Assembly (NCBI GenBank): GCA_043228905.1
Contig: JBHGNT010000104.1
Location: 22,641-86,640 of the forward strand
Length of the DNA stretch: 64,000 nucleotides
Origin: Azolla caroliniana
Taxonomy: Eukaryota > Plantae > Polypodiophyta
Direction of reading: 5' to 3'
A program made the position numbers and the translations under genes. The notes under the pieces were generated by a model. That model did not search any database. It saw only the letters and a program-made list of their open reading frames with translations, and was not told the DNA's origin. Of this stretch, positions 35,055 through 47,200 are shown one piece after another (position 1 is the stretch's first letter; each line of letters opens with the position of its first letter).

Positions 35055-35206
35055 CCTTCAGTTGTCTCTCTTCGTCAAATATGATCTTTTCGGGAGTTGC
35101 CAATCAAGGTCTTCAAGGTGTACAGAGGAAGAGTTGCTGATGGAGATAAAGTAGACGACGACAACAGAATCAAGAACACCAAGCTCTGATGCTAGATGTT
35201 GAGAAC
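35055..35206 (-). repeat. Diverged second copy of the A-family leader, PBS and LTR end (matches 34712-34864)
   Basis: CCTTCAGTTGTCT...AAGCTCTGATGCTAGATGTTGAGAAC repeated with several substitutions. Confidence 0.85.
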
Positions 35207-38200
35207 TGTTGTCTGCCGGAATAGTAACCGACGGACAGGAGTGCAGAAATATAGAATATAGTATAAACGTAACGCATGTAAACGGCTCACACGGGAAGCG
35301 TGAATGGCTAAAAGACCCTGTGTATATAAAGGGCAGAAATCCTCTGATAGAGGTAGCATGTAAATTTTGGTGCATAGAGCGTATCTTAATAGAGTGTTAT
35401 CTTCTCTGATACCCTATGCATATCTATGGTTAATCTACTGTGTGTCTGTGGTTCTTGGTGGCATATTGTAATCACTATAATCGTAAGAAGCGTAGGCGTA
35501 AGTGCGACTGCTGTGACAAGTGCACTGTCTAGGGAGTTCGGTTGTAGTCGTCTCTCGTATACGCTGCTAGGATACAGAGAGTTATCCCATTACGTATTAC
35601 GACACAACAGTACCATTCGGGGCTATGCAGTCACCTTGAGGTCTAGGTCAAAGGACTAACTGAAGACCGTGTTCCTAATCGGTAACACTTTTGGCACAGT
35701 TGGTGATCTGTGTCTTCTCACAAACGAACAACGACGAATGGATGTTTAGCTGCAGACATCCCAGAGAACCAACACGACAAGATCAACCAATCACAAGGTC
35801 CATCACACGCCAGGCAGAGGAACGCGCACGGAAAAAACCTCGCCTCAGTAACCTCAGTGATACTAGTCGGGACCACAAAGACGACTTTTCGCTCACCAAA
35901 TACCCCGACGACAGGCAACAAGTTCGCTCACCACACAAGCACCGTGGTCCTTCCCTGCCCACCGTAGTGTCCAGCATGGCCTTCTCGTATCCCCGCTTCA
36001 ACGGCGAAACCGACGCCACAATCCACATTCACCTGTTCCTAAATGTCTAGAATGCAAATCACATGGCGTAGAGCCTTCCTGAAGAAGTTGCGCACCAGTC
36101 CAAAACGACAGAGTTCGGATTAACTCTGGATGGGAGAGCGGCGTTTTGGCCTTCGTAGATGGATCTGCTAGCAATCAAGACCTTTGACCAGCTGCAGTCG
36201 GCTTTTTTGCGTTTCTTTCCTTGGAAGGTGCCGCAACGCGAAATCCTCGGGCAGTTTTATACAATTAAACAGTTGCCGATTGAGACTGTAGCAGATTTTA
36301 GTTTATGCTTCCAAAATCTACGACGGAAGTTAGAACGGGGGCCGATAGAGGACGAGGCTCGGGAGACATTCCTAGCAGCTCTACGATGACCAATACAGAC
36401 GACGCTCAACAATAGTAGCGTGAAAGGAGAAACGGCCGACATGGTCATAGAATGAGCGCTACAGCTCAAGCTGGATGAAGAAGAAGAACGGTTTTCCATG
36501 TCCTCATTATGGCAAGCGTTACCTTAGGACGAGGAACGACACTTCCGCCAGGCAATCCACTGCACGATTTGCTTGAATTCTGGGCATTCCGTAGTCAATT
36601 ACAACATGCGAATCCATTGCCCAATCTGTCACTTGAAAGCACACACGGTCGAGCAGTGTGAGTACAATATGTTGAACAGAGCCACGCCCATAGTACGAAG
36701 CGTGGAAACACAACGCCCCACTCGCCGGAATGAGCAAAGGCGCCAAGAGGAATGACCCCGGTATATGGTTGACCGAGCAGTCGGTGTTGTACTTGACCTT
36801 GTACACCCACCTACATCCGATCGGCTTCACACCCTTCGGTGCGTCAACCAGGTCCCAGGTCTCGTTTTCCGCCAATGCGTGCATCTCTTCCTCCATCACG
36901 GCGCGCCAATTCGCGTCCTTCGCCGCTTCTGCGTAGCTCTCTGGCTCACACACTTCCGCTACACGGGTCATGTACGCATAGTGATGCGCCATGTACTCGT
37001 TGTATCCGAACCGCACAATCGGGTTCTTTTGGCGGGTAAATCGGCGTAATCGGTTATTAGCTGATGTCGAGGTCTTCTCGGCCGATGCGGAAGTCATTCC
37101 TGAAGGCCCGTCACCGCCTCCCTCGGAGTCGGACTTGCGTCGGTCTGACTCGTTCTTATCCGTGCCGGAATCCGACACCTTCTTCTTCCCTTTCTCTTCG
37201 CGTGTAAGCCGTCTCCTCAGCTTCCAACGTGGGGAATGCACGGCCGAGTCTCCACTACTCGCCGGCTCTTCATCGGACTGGTCGTACCGACTCAATCGTC
37301 CATTCGGTCCACTTAACCGAACCGAAATCGGACTCTCTTCGGGGGTCCCGATTTCAAGCTCAGCCGGAGGCACCTCGGCCTCACTGTCCTCATTGTCAGA
37401 ACTCGGATTGGAGGTGAGGTCCGGAGTCAGAGGCAAGTACCAGGACGCGGACTCATCAAACACAATGTCGCGGCTCACGCGCGGTTGTTTGGTACGCGGG
37501 TTATAGCACTTTAAACCCTTCTACTCGTCCGAATAGCCGACCAATTTACACTTCTCGGCTTTTGTGTCCAACTTCCTCCTTTTCTCCTTCGGCACATGTA
37601 CATACGCAATGCTACTGAAAACTCGTAAGTGTCACAATTTTGGCTTTGTTCCAAAGTATAGCTCGTACGCCGACACTTTTTCTTCTATCCGGTTCTGGAT
37701 GTATACCGCGGTTCTTACCGCCTCGGCCCAATAGAACTTGGGCAAGCTCTTCTCCTCCAGCATTGCGCGTGCAGCTTCCACAATTGACCGATTTTTTCTC
37801 TCGGCCACGCCGTTTTGCTCCGGCGTGTATCTACAACTGAATTCGCGCCAAATTCCCATCTGTTGTAGATAACCGTTGAATTGACCGGAAAAGTATTCTT
37901 TTCCGCCATCCGACTGCAGGCACTTGATCTTTCTTCCTGTTTCCATTACCACGAACCCTTTGAGGTCCCGGAAACAGTCGAAGACTTCACTTTTCCTCTC
38001 AATGAGGTAGATCCACGTGTGCCGCGTGTAGTCGTCGATGAAGGAGACAAAATTTCGGCTCCCGCCAAGGCTAACATTTTGTGCTGGCCCCCACACATTA
38101 GAGTGTATCAAGTCTAGCTTGTTCCGGCTTCGGTTACGCTCGTTTGGGAAAGGAAGTCGGTGTTGCTTCCCAAGCTGGCAGGCTTCACAAATTTGTGCCT

Positions 38201-40822
38201 TCCGGCCACTAAATTTGGGCAATCCAAACACCACTTGTTTTGATTGCAGGTCTTGACGTCGCTGGTAGTTGACGTGGCCTATCCGTTTGTGCCATAAGTC
38301 GATGTCCGACTCGACTTTTTGTCCCTTCGCGAACATTGCAGTGCCACCGTCAGTACAGTCGAGGATAAACATCCTCCCATCTCTACGCCCTTGCGCAATA
38401 ATACGACCTTCTTCCTCAATGAAGCACCCAAGATGCGTAAACCGAACCTGCATCCCCTGGTCGACAATCTGCCCGACCGACACCAGATTCTTCGTGATGG
38501 TCAGGATGTGTAGCACGTTCATAAGTTTCCCTTTCTACCCGACATGGCTCAAGGGAGCTTCACCGACATTCACGATCGGATGCGGAGTGTCGTCTCCAGT
38601 TGCGACTACTCCTGGTTGCGTCGGTTTGTCAAGGTATGAGAACCACTCCTTGTGGCACGTCATGTGGTTTGACGCGCCGGAGTCGACATACCACACCTCG
38701 TTTGATTTCGGGGCGGACTGTTTCATTGAGTTTGCTTCGTGTCTCGTCACGAAGACTAACCCTTTTCCGGTTTTTCCGGATCCTTCGGCGTAGTGCGATC
38801 GCTGCCGATTTCCTTTGTCGGTATGTCCGGAACCAGACCTCTCCGACTCGGCGCGCTTCTTCCAACACTCGCTCTCCCTGAGGCCTTTCTTGCCACAGTA
38901 CCAACATTCCGTGGCGGATTTCCCTTTCTGGTTCTCGTCGTCTCGACTCCCCCTGTTTCTGGAGGGTCTGGAATTGCTGTCGGCATCACTTCGGTGCGTT
39001 CTTCCTTGATCCCGTCGGCCGCCTCCATTGCGTACCGACTCGCCTCGTCCGCCACGACCACAGGGCCTTTCTCCCTCCGTGTACAACATCTTGCTGTCGG
39101 TGTGCGTGCTCGTCGACGCACCAGCGTGGTTCTCCTCTACCAGGAGCATCGACTGTAAGTCGAAAAAGGACGACGTATTCTCCCGGGTACACACTGCAGT
39201 TCGGAATGCCCCGAACTTTGACGCCAAACCCCCGAGATAGACCTGGACCATCTCGCTTTCCTCGATGTTCACATCGATGGAAGCTAAGGAGCCGCATATG
39301 TCCTTAATCCTCGAGGTATAGTTAGCTACCGACAAATCGCGTTGTCGTAGGTTGCTCAACTCCCGTCGAAGCTGAAGCTTCCTGGCTGTGGTGCTCGCGG
39401 CGAAAATCTTCTTTAGATTTTCCCATGCACCCTTCGGCGTTTTTGCATCCCGAACGTAGCTTAGCAGCTATTCACCCACAGAAGACGCGAAGCAGTATAG
39501 CACTCTGCTTGCCGATTGTTCCCACGCCGGGAAGTCTTTGTGTGTCGAATTGGGTGCTGTGTCATTTGCTCCATCGACATAGCTCCAGTAACCATGTCCA
39601 AGCAGGTACTGGTGCATCTTGTAGGACCAAGATGCGTAGTTGGTTCTGTCGAGCTTCTCCGTTGGAAGCGAGCTAGCCATTCCTCTGTCCATCGGTTTTC
39701 TTGTTCTTCTTCGTTGGTTTTTCCTTCAAGCAAAGTCAGCTGCAGAGGTTCTCAACCCTCGCGCTCTGATACCATGAAAAGAATGGCGTGCGGAAGCAAT
39801 ATAGGAACACCGAACAACAGAAAACGCAGGTTTAATGGAAAGCTTAGGTTTTCACAGTACGCACAGGAGAGACAGAGAGAGAGTAACACAAGAACTTAAA
39901 TTCGAAAATAATACTCAATCTCTACATAGGATGTGCTCAGTGAGCACTTTTATACAAGCCCTAACAACGGCTGACACAAGTACTGATAGTACTTGACTGC
40001 TCATAAATGAGCCTCGACACTTACTCCCAAAACTATTCCTTACGAGGAATATCTTTCTAACGGCCTTTCGGTCTACGCACCGATACGGCCTTTCTACGCA
40101 CCGGTCTATGTATCGGTTTTATGCACCCAGTCTACACACTGGTTATGCATCGTATTATGCACAAATGTTGAGCTTGTCTCTCAACAACCGACGCTACGAG
40201 AATTACCGTCCGACGAACAAACGTGGCAGCTTCAATGGGCCTCGCAGAAAACATCGTCAGTATCGGGACCAACGGTGGTACGAGGAAAGTTCGGACGAGA
40301 ACCGGCACCAAGAACCACGCCGGGACCAACAACAACCACTGCGTACGCTCTGAAGAACGAACCAGGACCTGGGAGGAGCAAGTCACACCTGGGGATCAGC
40401 ACACACCACTAGTTGTTGAGAAAGGCGAATCTAGTGTCCACTGTTTTGTTTTCCAACAACCCGAACACTACGCAATGCCCATTACACAAGGGCGAGGGGC
40501 CCGCCATCAATACGATTACGGCTGAAGTGCAGCAAGTCACGACACGCCAACAAACAAAAAATGTTGATTGGGCCACGCAAGGTGAGATACATCAGACGAC
40601 CCAAGCATGGGTTGGAAAAGCAAACGTGGCAAATACGGAACGCACGCGGAAGGAGTCCACAAACACGGTGGAGCCGTTGGAGGAAGAGGTAATATCTCCG
40701 AATCCCATATGGCAAGCACTGGCAGGTTGTGAGATAACGCTAACAATGGAGAGGCTACTTCAACTAGTCCCATGGTTCCGCTAGGTCATGAAGGATCGTA
40801 TAACGGGCAAACCTGGGGTAAG
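35207..40822 (+). mobile_element. Element E: 3'-truncated Ty3/gypsy (5' LTR, PBS, gag), interrupted by F
   Basis: LTR 35207-35687 (TGTT...TAACA); PBS-like TGGCACAGTTGG at 35692. Gag is homologous to D (FRQAIHCTICLNSGH) at 35730-36760 and resumes at 40187-40822 (EVQQVTTR, CEITLTMERLLQLVP). Confidence 0.85.
36765..40186 (-). mobile_element. Element F: 3'-truncated Ty1/copia (5' LTR, PBS, gag, PR, IN, start of RT)
   Basis: LTR 39775-40186; PBS TGGTATCAGAGCGC at 39761-39774. Motifs EKLDRTNYASW, WYVDSGASNHM, TPEQNGVAERKNR, IGCRWVYKVK. Confidence 0.9.
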
Positions 40823-43800
40823 CATCTTCGTAAAGATGGGAAATGAAGGAGCATGGCGAATCGTCCACATTGGAGACGTGTGTTTGGTGACCTCAACTGG
40901 CCGCAGACTTGTGCTGAGAGATGTTCGACACATTCCGGAGGTTCAATCGAACCTGATATCAGCAGGTCGGCTGGATGATGAAGGCTACACGGGTAGCATC
41001 CAGAATGGTGTCATGACGTTCTGCAAGAGGAGCCTAATCGTGGCTCGAGCACGGAAAACAACACACTGTACGTAATGAATGCTCGATTATGCCATGGGGA
41101 AGTGAATGTGGCAGCCGAAACAATCGGTGAACTGTGGCACAGGAGGTTGTGCCACATGAGCCAAAAGGGGATGCGGAAGCTTGCTGAGGATAACCTCATT
41201 CCGGAGGTGAAGAATGTGCAACTTGAGAAATGCACAGATTGCTTGGCCGGTAAGCAAAATCCAACATCCTTCTGAACAAGGCCCCCAATGAGGAAGAAAA
41301 TACCGCTAGAACTCGTGCATACGAATGTATGCTACGTGGACACAAAGTCGCATAATGGTTCACAATATTTCGTGACCTTTATAGAAGACTATAGCCGGAA
41401 GTGGTGGGCTTCCGTGCTGAAGGCGAAGGATCAAGTGTTATCCGTCTTCAAGGAGTTCCAAGCAAGGGCCTAGAGAGAAACCGGTCGTAAGTTGAAGGCA
41501 GTCCGATCGGACAATGGTGAAGAGTCCCGCAGACCATTCGAAGAATATTGCCGAAAAGAAGGAATCCAGCTTGAGTATACCGTGCCAAAAATGCCAGAGT
41601 TGAATGGGCTGGCCGAGAGAATGAATTGGACCATAATGGAGAGAGTTTGAAGCATGCTTGCACATGCGAAATTACCGAAAATGTTTTGGGCTGAGGCGCT
41701 AATGACAACAGCATATGTGATAAACCGATCACCCTCATTACCCTTGGACGGTGATATTCCACAACGGGTGTGGCGCGTCTTCGTACCGACATTTGAGGGT
41801 GTTCGGTTGTCTTGCTTTTGTGCATGTGGCAAAGGACCAAAGGGAGAAATTAGTCCCGAAATCTCGGCCATGCATATTTCTCGGTTACGGCGATGATGAG
41901 TTCGGTTATTGGCTATGGGACTTAGCCGAGAAGAAGGTGAAGGTGACGGTGATTAGGAACCGAGACATTGTCTTCATGGAAGAGAAGACAATGATTGATT
42001 GGGAGAATGTGAAAAAGTCTCCAACCACCGAATCGAGCTGAGTCAATGCTCGGCTGGATTGTGTAGAAGATAGTTCGATCGAAATTGAACCCGTACCAGT
42101 CGATCGATCTAATACTCAACAAAATCGAGAAATGACTGATGATCAAGGGGAGTCGGCCGAACAGAAACCAAAATCGACTCGGACGAAGAGGTTGAGGACG
42201 AACTAACCGTATCGAACGTAGGCCGAAGATACCCCTTAGAGAGCGTACAACCCCCCGAAGATTTTCGGATGAAGAACGTGTATTGTTAACCGATGAGGGG
42301 GAGCTGGAAAGCTACGAATAAGCTAAGAAAGATACCCATGACCGAGAGTGGTTACGTGCCATGCAAGAGGAGATGGATTCCTTGCATGAGAACCACACAT
42401 ATGAACTGACTGAGTTGCCGAAGGGGAAGAATGCACTCCGAAATAAGTGGGTATACAAGTTGAAACTAGGAGATGGCCGAAATCCACCCAGATACAAAGC
42501 ACGAATTGTCGTAAAAGGGTTTCAACAGAAGAAGGGCGTGGATTTAGACGAAATATTTGCCCCAGTAGTGAGGATGACATCCATCCGAACCGTGCTGAGC
42601 ATTGCGGCTAGCATGGATCTCGAAGTCGAACAATTGGATGTCAAGACGACATTTCTGCATGGAGATCTCGAAGCGGAGATATATATGCAACAGTCGGGAG
42701 GATTCGTAACGAAAGTTAAAGAAAACCTGGTATGTCGATTGAGGAAGAGCATGTACGGGTTGAAGCAGGCTCCATGGCAATGGTACTAGAAATTCAAATC
42801 CTTCATGGCCGAAAATGGGTACCACAAAACGCAGACCGATCATTGCATATTTTTGAAGAAGTTCGATGGAGGAGATTTCCTCATCCTTTTGTTGTACGTG
42901 GATGACATGCTAATTGTCGGTTGGGACCATATGAAGATCTGAGCACTGAAGAAGGCCTTGAACGAGTCATTCTCGATGAAAGATATGGGTCCGGCAAAGA
43001 AAATCCTAGGGATGCACATTGTTCGGGACAGAACAAATAAATTGCTATGGCTGTCATAGGAGAAATATGTGACAAAGGTGATCCAAAGATTTGGCATGGA
43101 AGGCGCGAAACCGGTCGGCTCGACATTGCCAACGAATTGCAAGTTGAGTAAAGATCAATGTCCAAAATCAAAAACCGAAAAGGCCGAGATGTCAAAAGTC
43201 CCCTATGCCTCGGCGGTTGGAAGCCTGATGTATGCAATGGTGTGTACCATGCCGGACATTGGATACGACGTCGGAGTGGTTAGCCGATATATGAGGAATC
43301 CCGGGAAAGAGCATTGGGCTTCCGTGAAATGGATATTTTGGTACTTAAGAGGCACCTCGAGCGCGTGTGTTCGTTTCAGCTCAGGTAACCCCACATTGGA
43401 AGGTTACACGGATTCGGACATGTCGGGTGATGCAGATACCAGCCGATCCACGTCCAGATACGTAATGACGTATGCAAGGGGAGCTGTCTCGTGGCAATTG
43501 AGGTTGCAAAAGGCCGTGGCATTGTTGACCATGGAAGCCGAGTACATGGTTGCAGCGCAAGCCGGCAAGGAAATCGTATGGATGAAGGAGTTTATCAGTG
43601 AGCTGGGAATTCAACAGGAAGAATTCCGACTCTATTGCGATAATCAGAGTGCCATCCACCTTGCGAAATATGCCGCCTACCACTGGAGGACAAAGCACAT
43701 CCAACGGAGGTATCATTGGCTCCAAGAGAAAGTAGAAGAAAGGGAGTTCGTCTAGTGAAGGTTCACACGACCCAAAATGGATCAAATATGTTGACTAAAG

Positions 43801-44234
43801 TGTTACCAACCGAAAAGTTGAGCGCGTGCTGACAAAAGATTGGATTGGTGCAGTACCCCATGCCGGAGTGAAGGGGGAGTTTGTTAGGAAACGGATCCCT
43901 CCGGATGGGAAGAGAAGAGCCCGAGTTGATGAGAAATCGTGTAGATAGCCAACTTGGAAGACTATACTTGTAAATAGTCTAAATGTGCCCTTATGGGCTA
44001 CACTTGTAAATAATTAGGGCAATCATAATGTTATGATGATGTGTTGTTGCTATTAGGTTACTTAGAAGGTCATTGCCTCTATAACTGTGTAACAATAAGT
44101 GTGTGAGAGTGAGAGTGTAACTCTGTAGCCGTCTATTGACGAAGTAGAATCTCAAGGTCGTTGCCTCGGAGCTTCTAGTTTTGCTCCTCCTTTTAGCATA
44201 GTGATTCTGTTTCTCAAGGTTTGTGGACCCCCGT
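40823..44234 (+). mobile_element. Element G: 5'-truncated degenerate Ty1/copia (C-related) with a partial 3' LTR
   Basis: IN-RT-RH fragments closely similar to C, with the same end (CCCATGCCGGAGTGAAGGGGGAG). LTR starts at 43882 and is cut at 44234 by H. Confidence 0.9.
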
Positions 44235-47200
44235 TGTCGTGAAGAAAACCGTCCCTAGGCAGAAACCGAATTTAGCGTGTGTAAACGGGCCCTTACACGT
44301 GAGCACACTTTCGTTGTATAGTAAGTAGGTAGGTACAAGTCGTCTGAGATGAAATCCTAGGTAGCACGCATTTAATAGGGAGAGAATCGAGGTGTATCTT
44401 TGTCCGAAAGGACAGAGAATTAATATGATGTAATGAATGATAACGGCCTCCCTCCTTGGGCTATAAAAGAGAGGGAGAGGAAGGAAAAGGGGGTATTGCG
44501 CGCTAGGGAGGACAAAGTGCTGTTGCAGATCTGGGTGCCAAGCTCTCTCTTCTCCTCCGGCCGTCGGTCTTTGTGGGTGGGAAGCTCGCTGGCTCTACTT
44601 CGTGGACAGCCCGTGCGCTTCCAACAGAGGCCCTCCTCCTTTTTGTTTGTTTTTGGGAGTTGAGCGAGTGCTGTGTGTGTGTGAGTAGGATCCCCGTGTC
44701 GAGTCCATCGCCGCCTTACCGATTGTAACCGTTAGAGTCGTATTCTCTTGTATTCTCTTGTTATTGTATTCTCTTGTCGTTGTAAAGTCTTGTTATTGAA
44801 ATCGAGTGTTACGTTCTATATCTCTCCTTCTCGCTTCGCATATCTACAAGTCTCTCTCTCTCTCTCTCGCTCCTCGGTTCAAGACCCCCGTGGTCCCGCC
44901 CCTTCTACACGCACGCGCGTAACAACGCGACATTATTTGGTGAACCCGATGTGAACGGGCGGCAGAGGAATAGAAAGATGAGGGGGTCGGATCTCGTGGA
45001 AGCCATGGCTTCGCTTGTGGATCGGATAGTGAGTGCGCGCGTGTTACCGGCCGGCAAAGGAGTCCAGAGTGGGAAACAGAGAGTTAATTGAGTAGTTGGA
45101 ATATGGTTGTAATTAAGCTATGAGTGTGGACGGACGGACCGGAATCGGTATGCCGTTCCGGATCCGGACCGATCCCGAACAGGTGCGGAGGGCACCGTTT
45201 TGTAATACAGACCGGAAACCTATTTAAAGGCCCGTATACAATGTAATAGATAGCAGTTAATTAATGAAAGCTTAAGCGTTGTTATCTCTCTGTGTTAATT
45301 TCCGTTCTGTCGTAATTGTTATATCTTACGTGTGTTATGAAAGATGATCTTAATAAGTAACTTAATTAAGTTGGATTAAGCGTTGAAGTCTAATCCGGTC
45401 GCCGTAACACCCTTTGGTGAAGTGTCTCCCGTAGACACCCTATGTTAGGCCATTGTCCGGCCCTAAGAGTTAACACAGTTTTTGGCGACCACGATTCCTG
45501 TTTTTGCAGCGAGGTGCTTGAGGTACGGGCTGAGAGCCGGACCTGGGAAGAGTTTGAAGGTCGGCTCCTCGAAAAATACGGGCTTGACGACGCGCTTCGG
45601 CTCTCGAAACGGGATTTCATGGAATGGGTAGAGACCCCCAAAAAGGGGAGAAACGCATCAGTGTTCCTCTGGGAGTTCGAAGAACGCTTCGTGCGTCTTT
45701 CGGCGCTCGACCGGACTGTACTAGACACGAGTCGCGTCCTGCTATTCGTTAAGTTGGTGGATGCGAGGGACCGGGAGCAAGTGGGTCTCCTACTGGAGAC
45801 TGATGACGGGCTGACGGCCGACTGGGCCGTGGTGAAGAGAGTCTGTGGCCGTTTTGACGAACGAAGAGAGTGGGTCGATAAAGGATCAACTGGGGCGGGC
45901 TCTGTAGCAGCAAGGAATCTTGAGCCAGCCCCACCAGCGCGAGGGGAAGAAACCCGAGACTGGCTCGAGACCGGATCGACTCCGACCGGCTCGGTTAGAG
46001 GCTCGAGCGGAGGAGCAGCTCTAGAGGAGCTTACTAGGATGGTAAAGGACCTCCAGATTGCACAGGCACGGAGGGACGGCGGCGAACAGGCCCGTGACCG
46101 AAGGCCTCTTGCCGGAAACCGGTGTTTGTGGTGTGACGCGGTCGGCCACGTCCAGAGGGACTGCGGGGACTTCGTCGAGGCAATGAGAGCCAACGTGGTG
46201 TACCTATGGAACGATCGGGTGCACACTAGCGAGACCCGAAGGGCCCTGGACCTGAATGTCGGGCGAGGGGGTATGAAACGGCTGATGGAAGAAGCGGCGG
46301 CTCGCCACACGGAGACCGTCCACTACTCGACGTCAGTAGGGATCCGGGTCGGAGGTGGTGAGGCCCGGAAGACGGACGAAGCCGGATTCTGGCCGCTGAT
46401 GCTGGAAGGCCTCGCCGGCGCGCGGCTAAGGAAAGAAGAAGCGGACCGCGCGGAAAAATGGGTCCGGGAGGTAACCGGGTGGAGTGACCCGGTCGAAGAG
46501 AAGACGGGCTTTGTTGAAGCCGCATGCCAGAACTACGAGGCTTTGGTGGAAGACAAGCGAGTAGGTAAAACCGGAGGGGCCGAGCCCTCGCAATGGTACG
46601 AGACCCGATTCGGCCAAAGGCAGAATGAGGCCGGTGCGACCGGCGCACCGGATAAAGCCAAGAAGGCCGGGTAGCAGTTGAGCATGGAAATCGAAAGGAC
46701 CACGGACTTGCGAAAGGTCCTGGAGGAACGTATCCTCGATAGCAAAGTGGAGTTGTCGCTGAGGGAAGTGCTCGGGATCTCCAAGAAGGAGTTCCACGAC
46801 TCCATCTTAGACTTGGTGAGGAGGAAGAGGCTGTCGAACGACGCACATAGAGGACATGGCGCTAGAAGACGAGTTGGCAGAAAGCCACTATTCAAATCCA
46901 CACTGGGCCAGAGCGACCACGGAGACCCCTGTTAAGATCGGGGGTGTCCAAGAGCCGGTGGTGGCGTTGGTGGACCACGGTTCAGAAATCAACTTGATGT
47001 CCATGGACTTCTACAAGAAGGGGAAATGGCCGATCAACACCAAACATAGCTGGAAAATACAGGCAGTGACGCGCGTCACGGAAGAACTACATGGAGCCTG
47101 CCCGAACGTACGGGTGAAAATCGACGATGTCGAGATTGACCAGCACTTCTTCGTGCAGGAGACGTCCTCACATCCGGTTATTATACTAGGAGAACCATAC

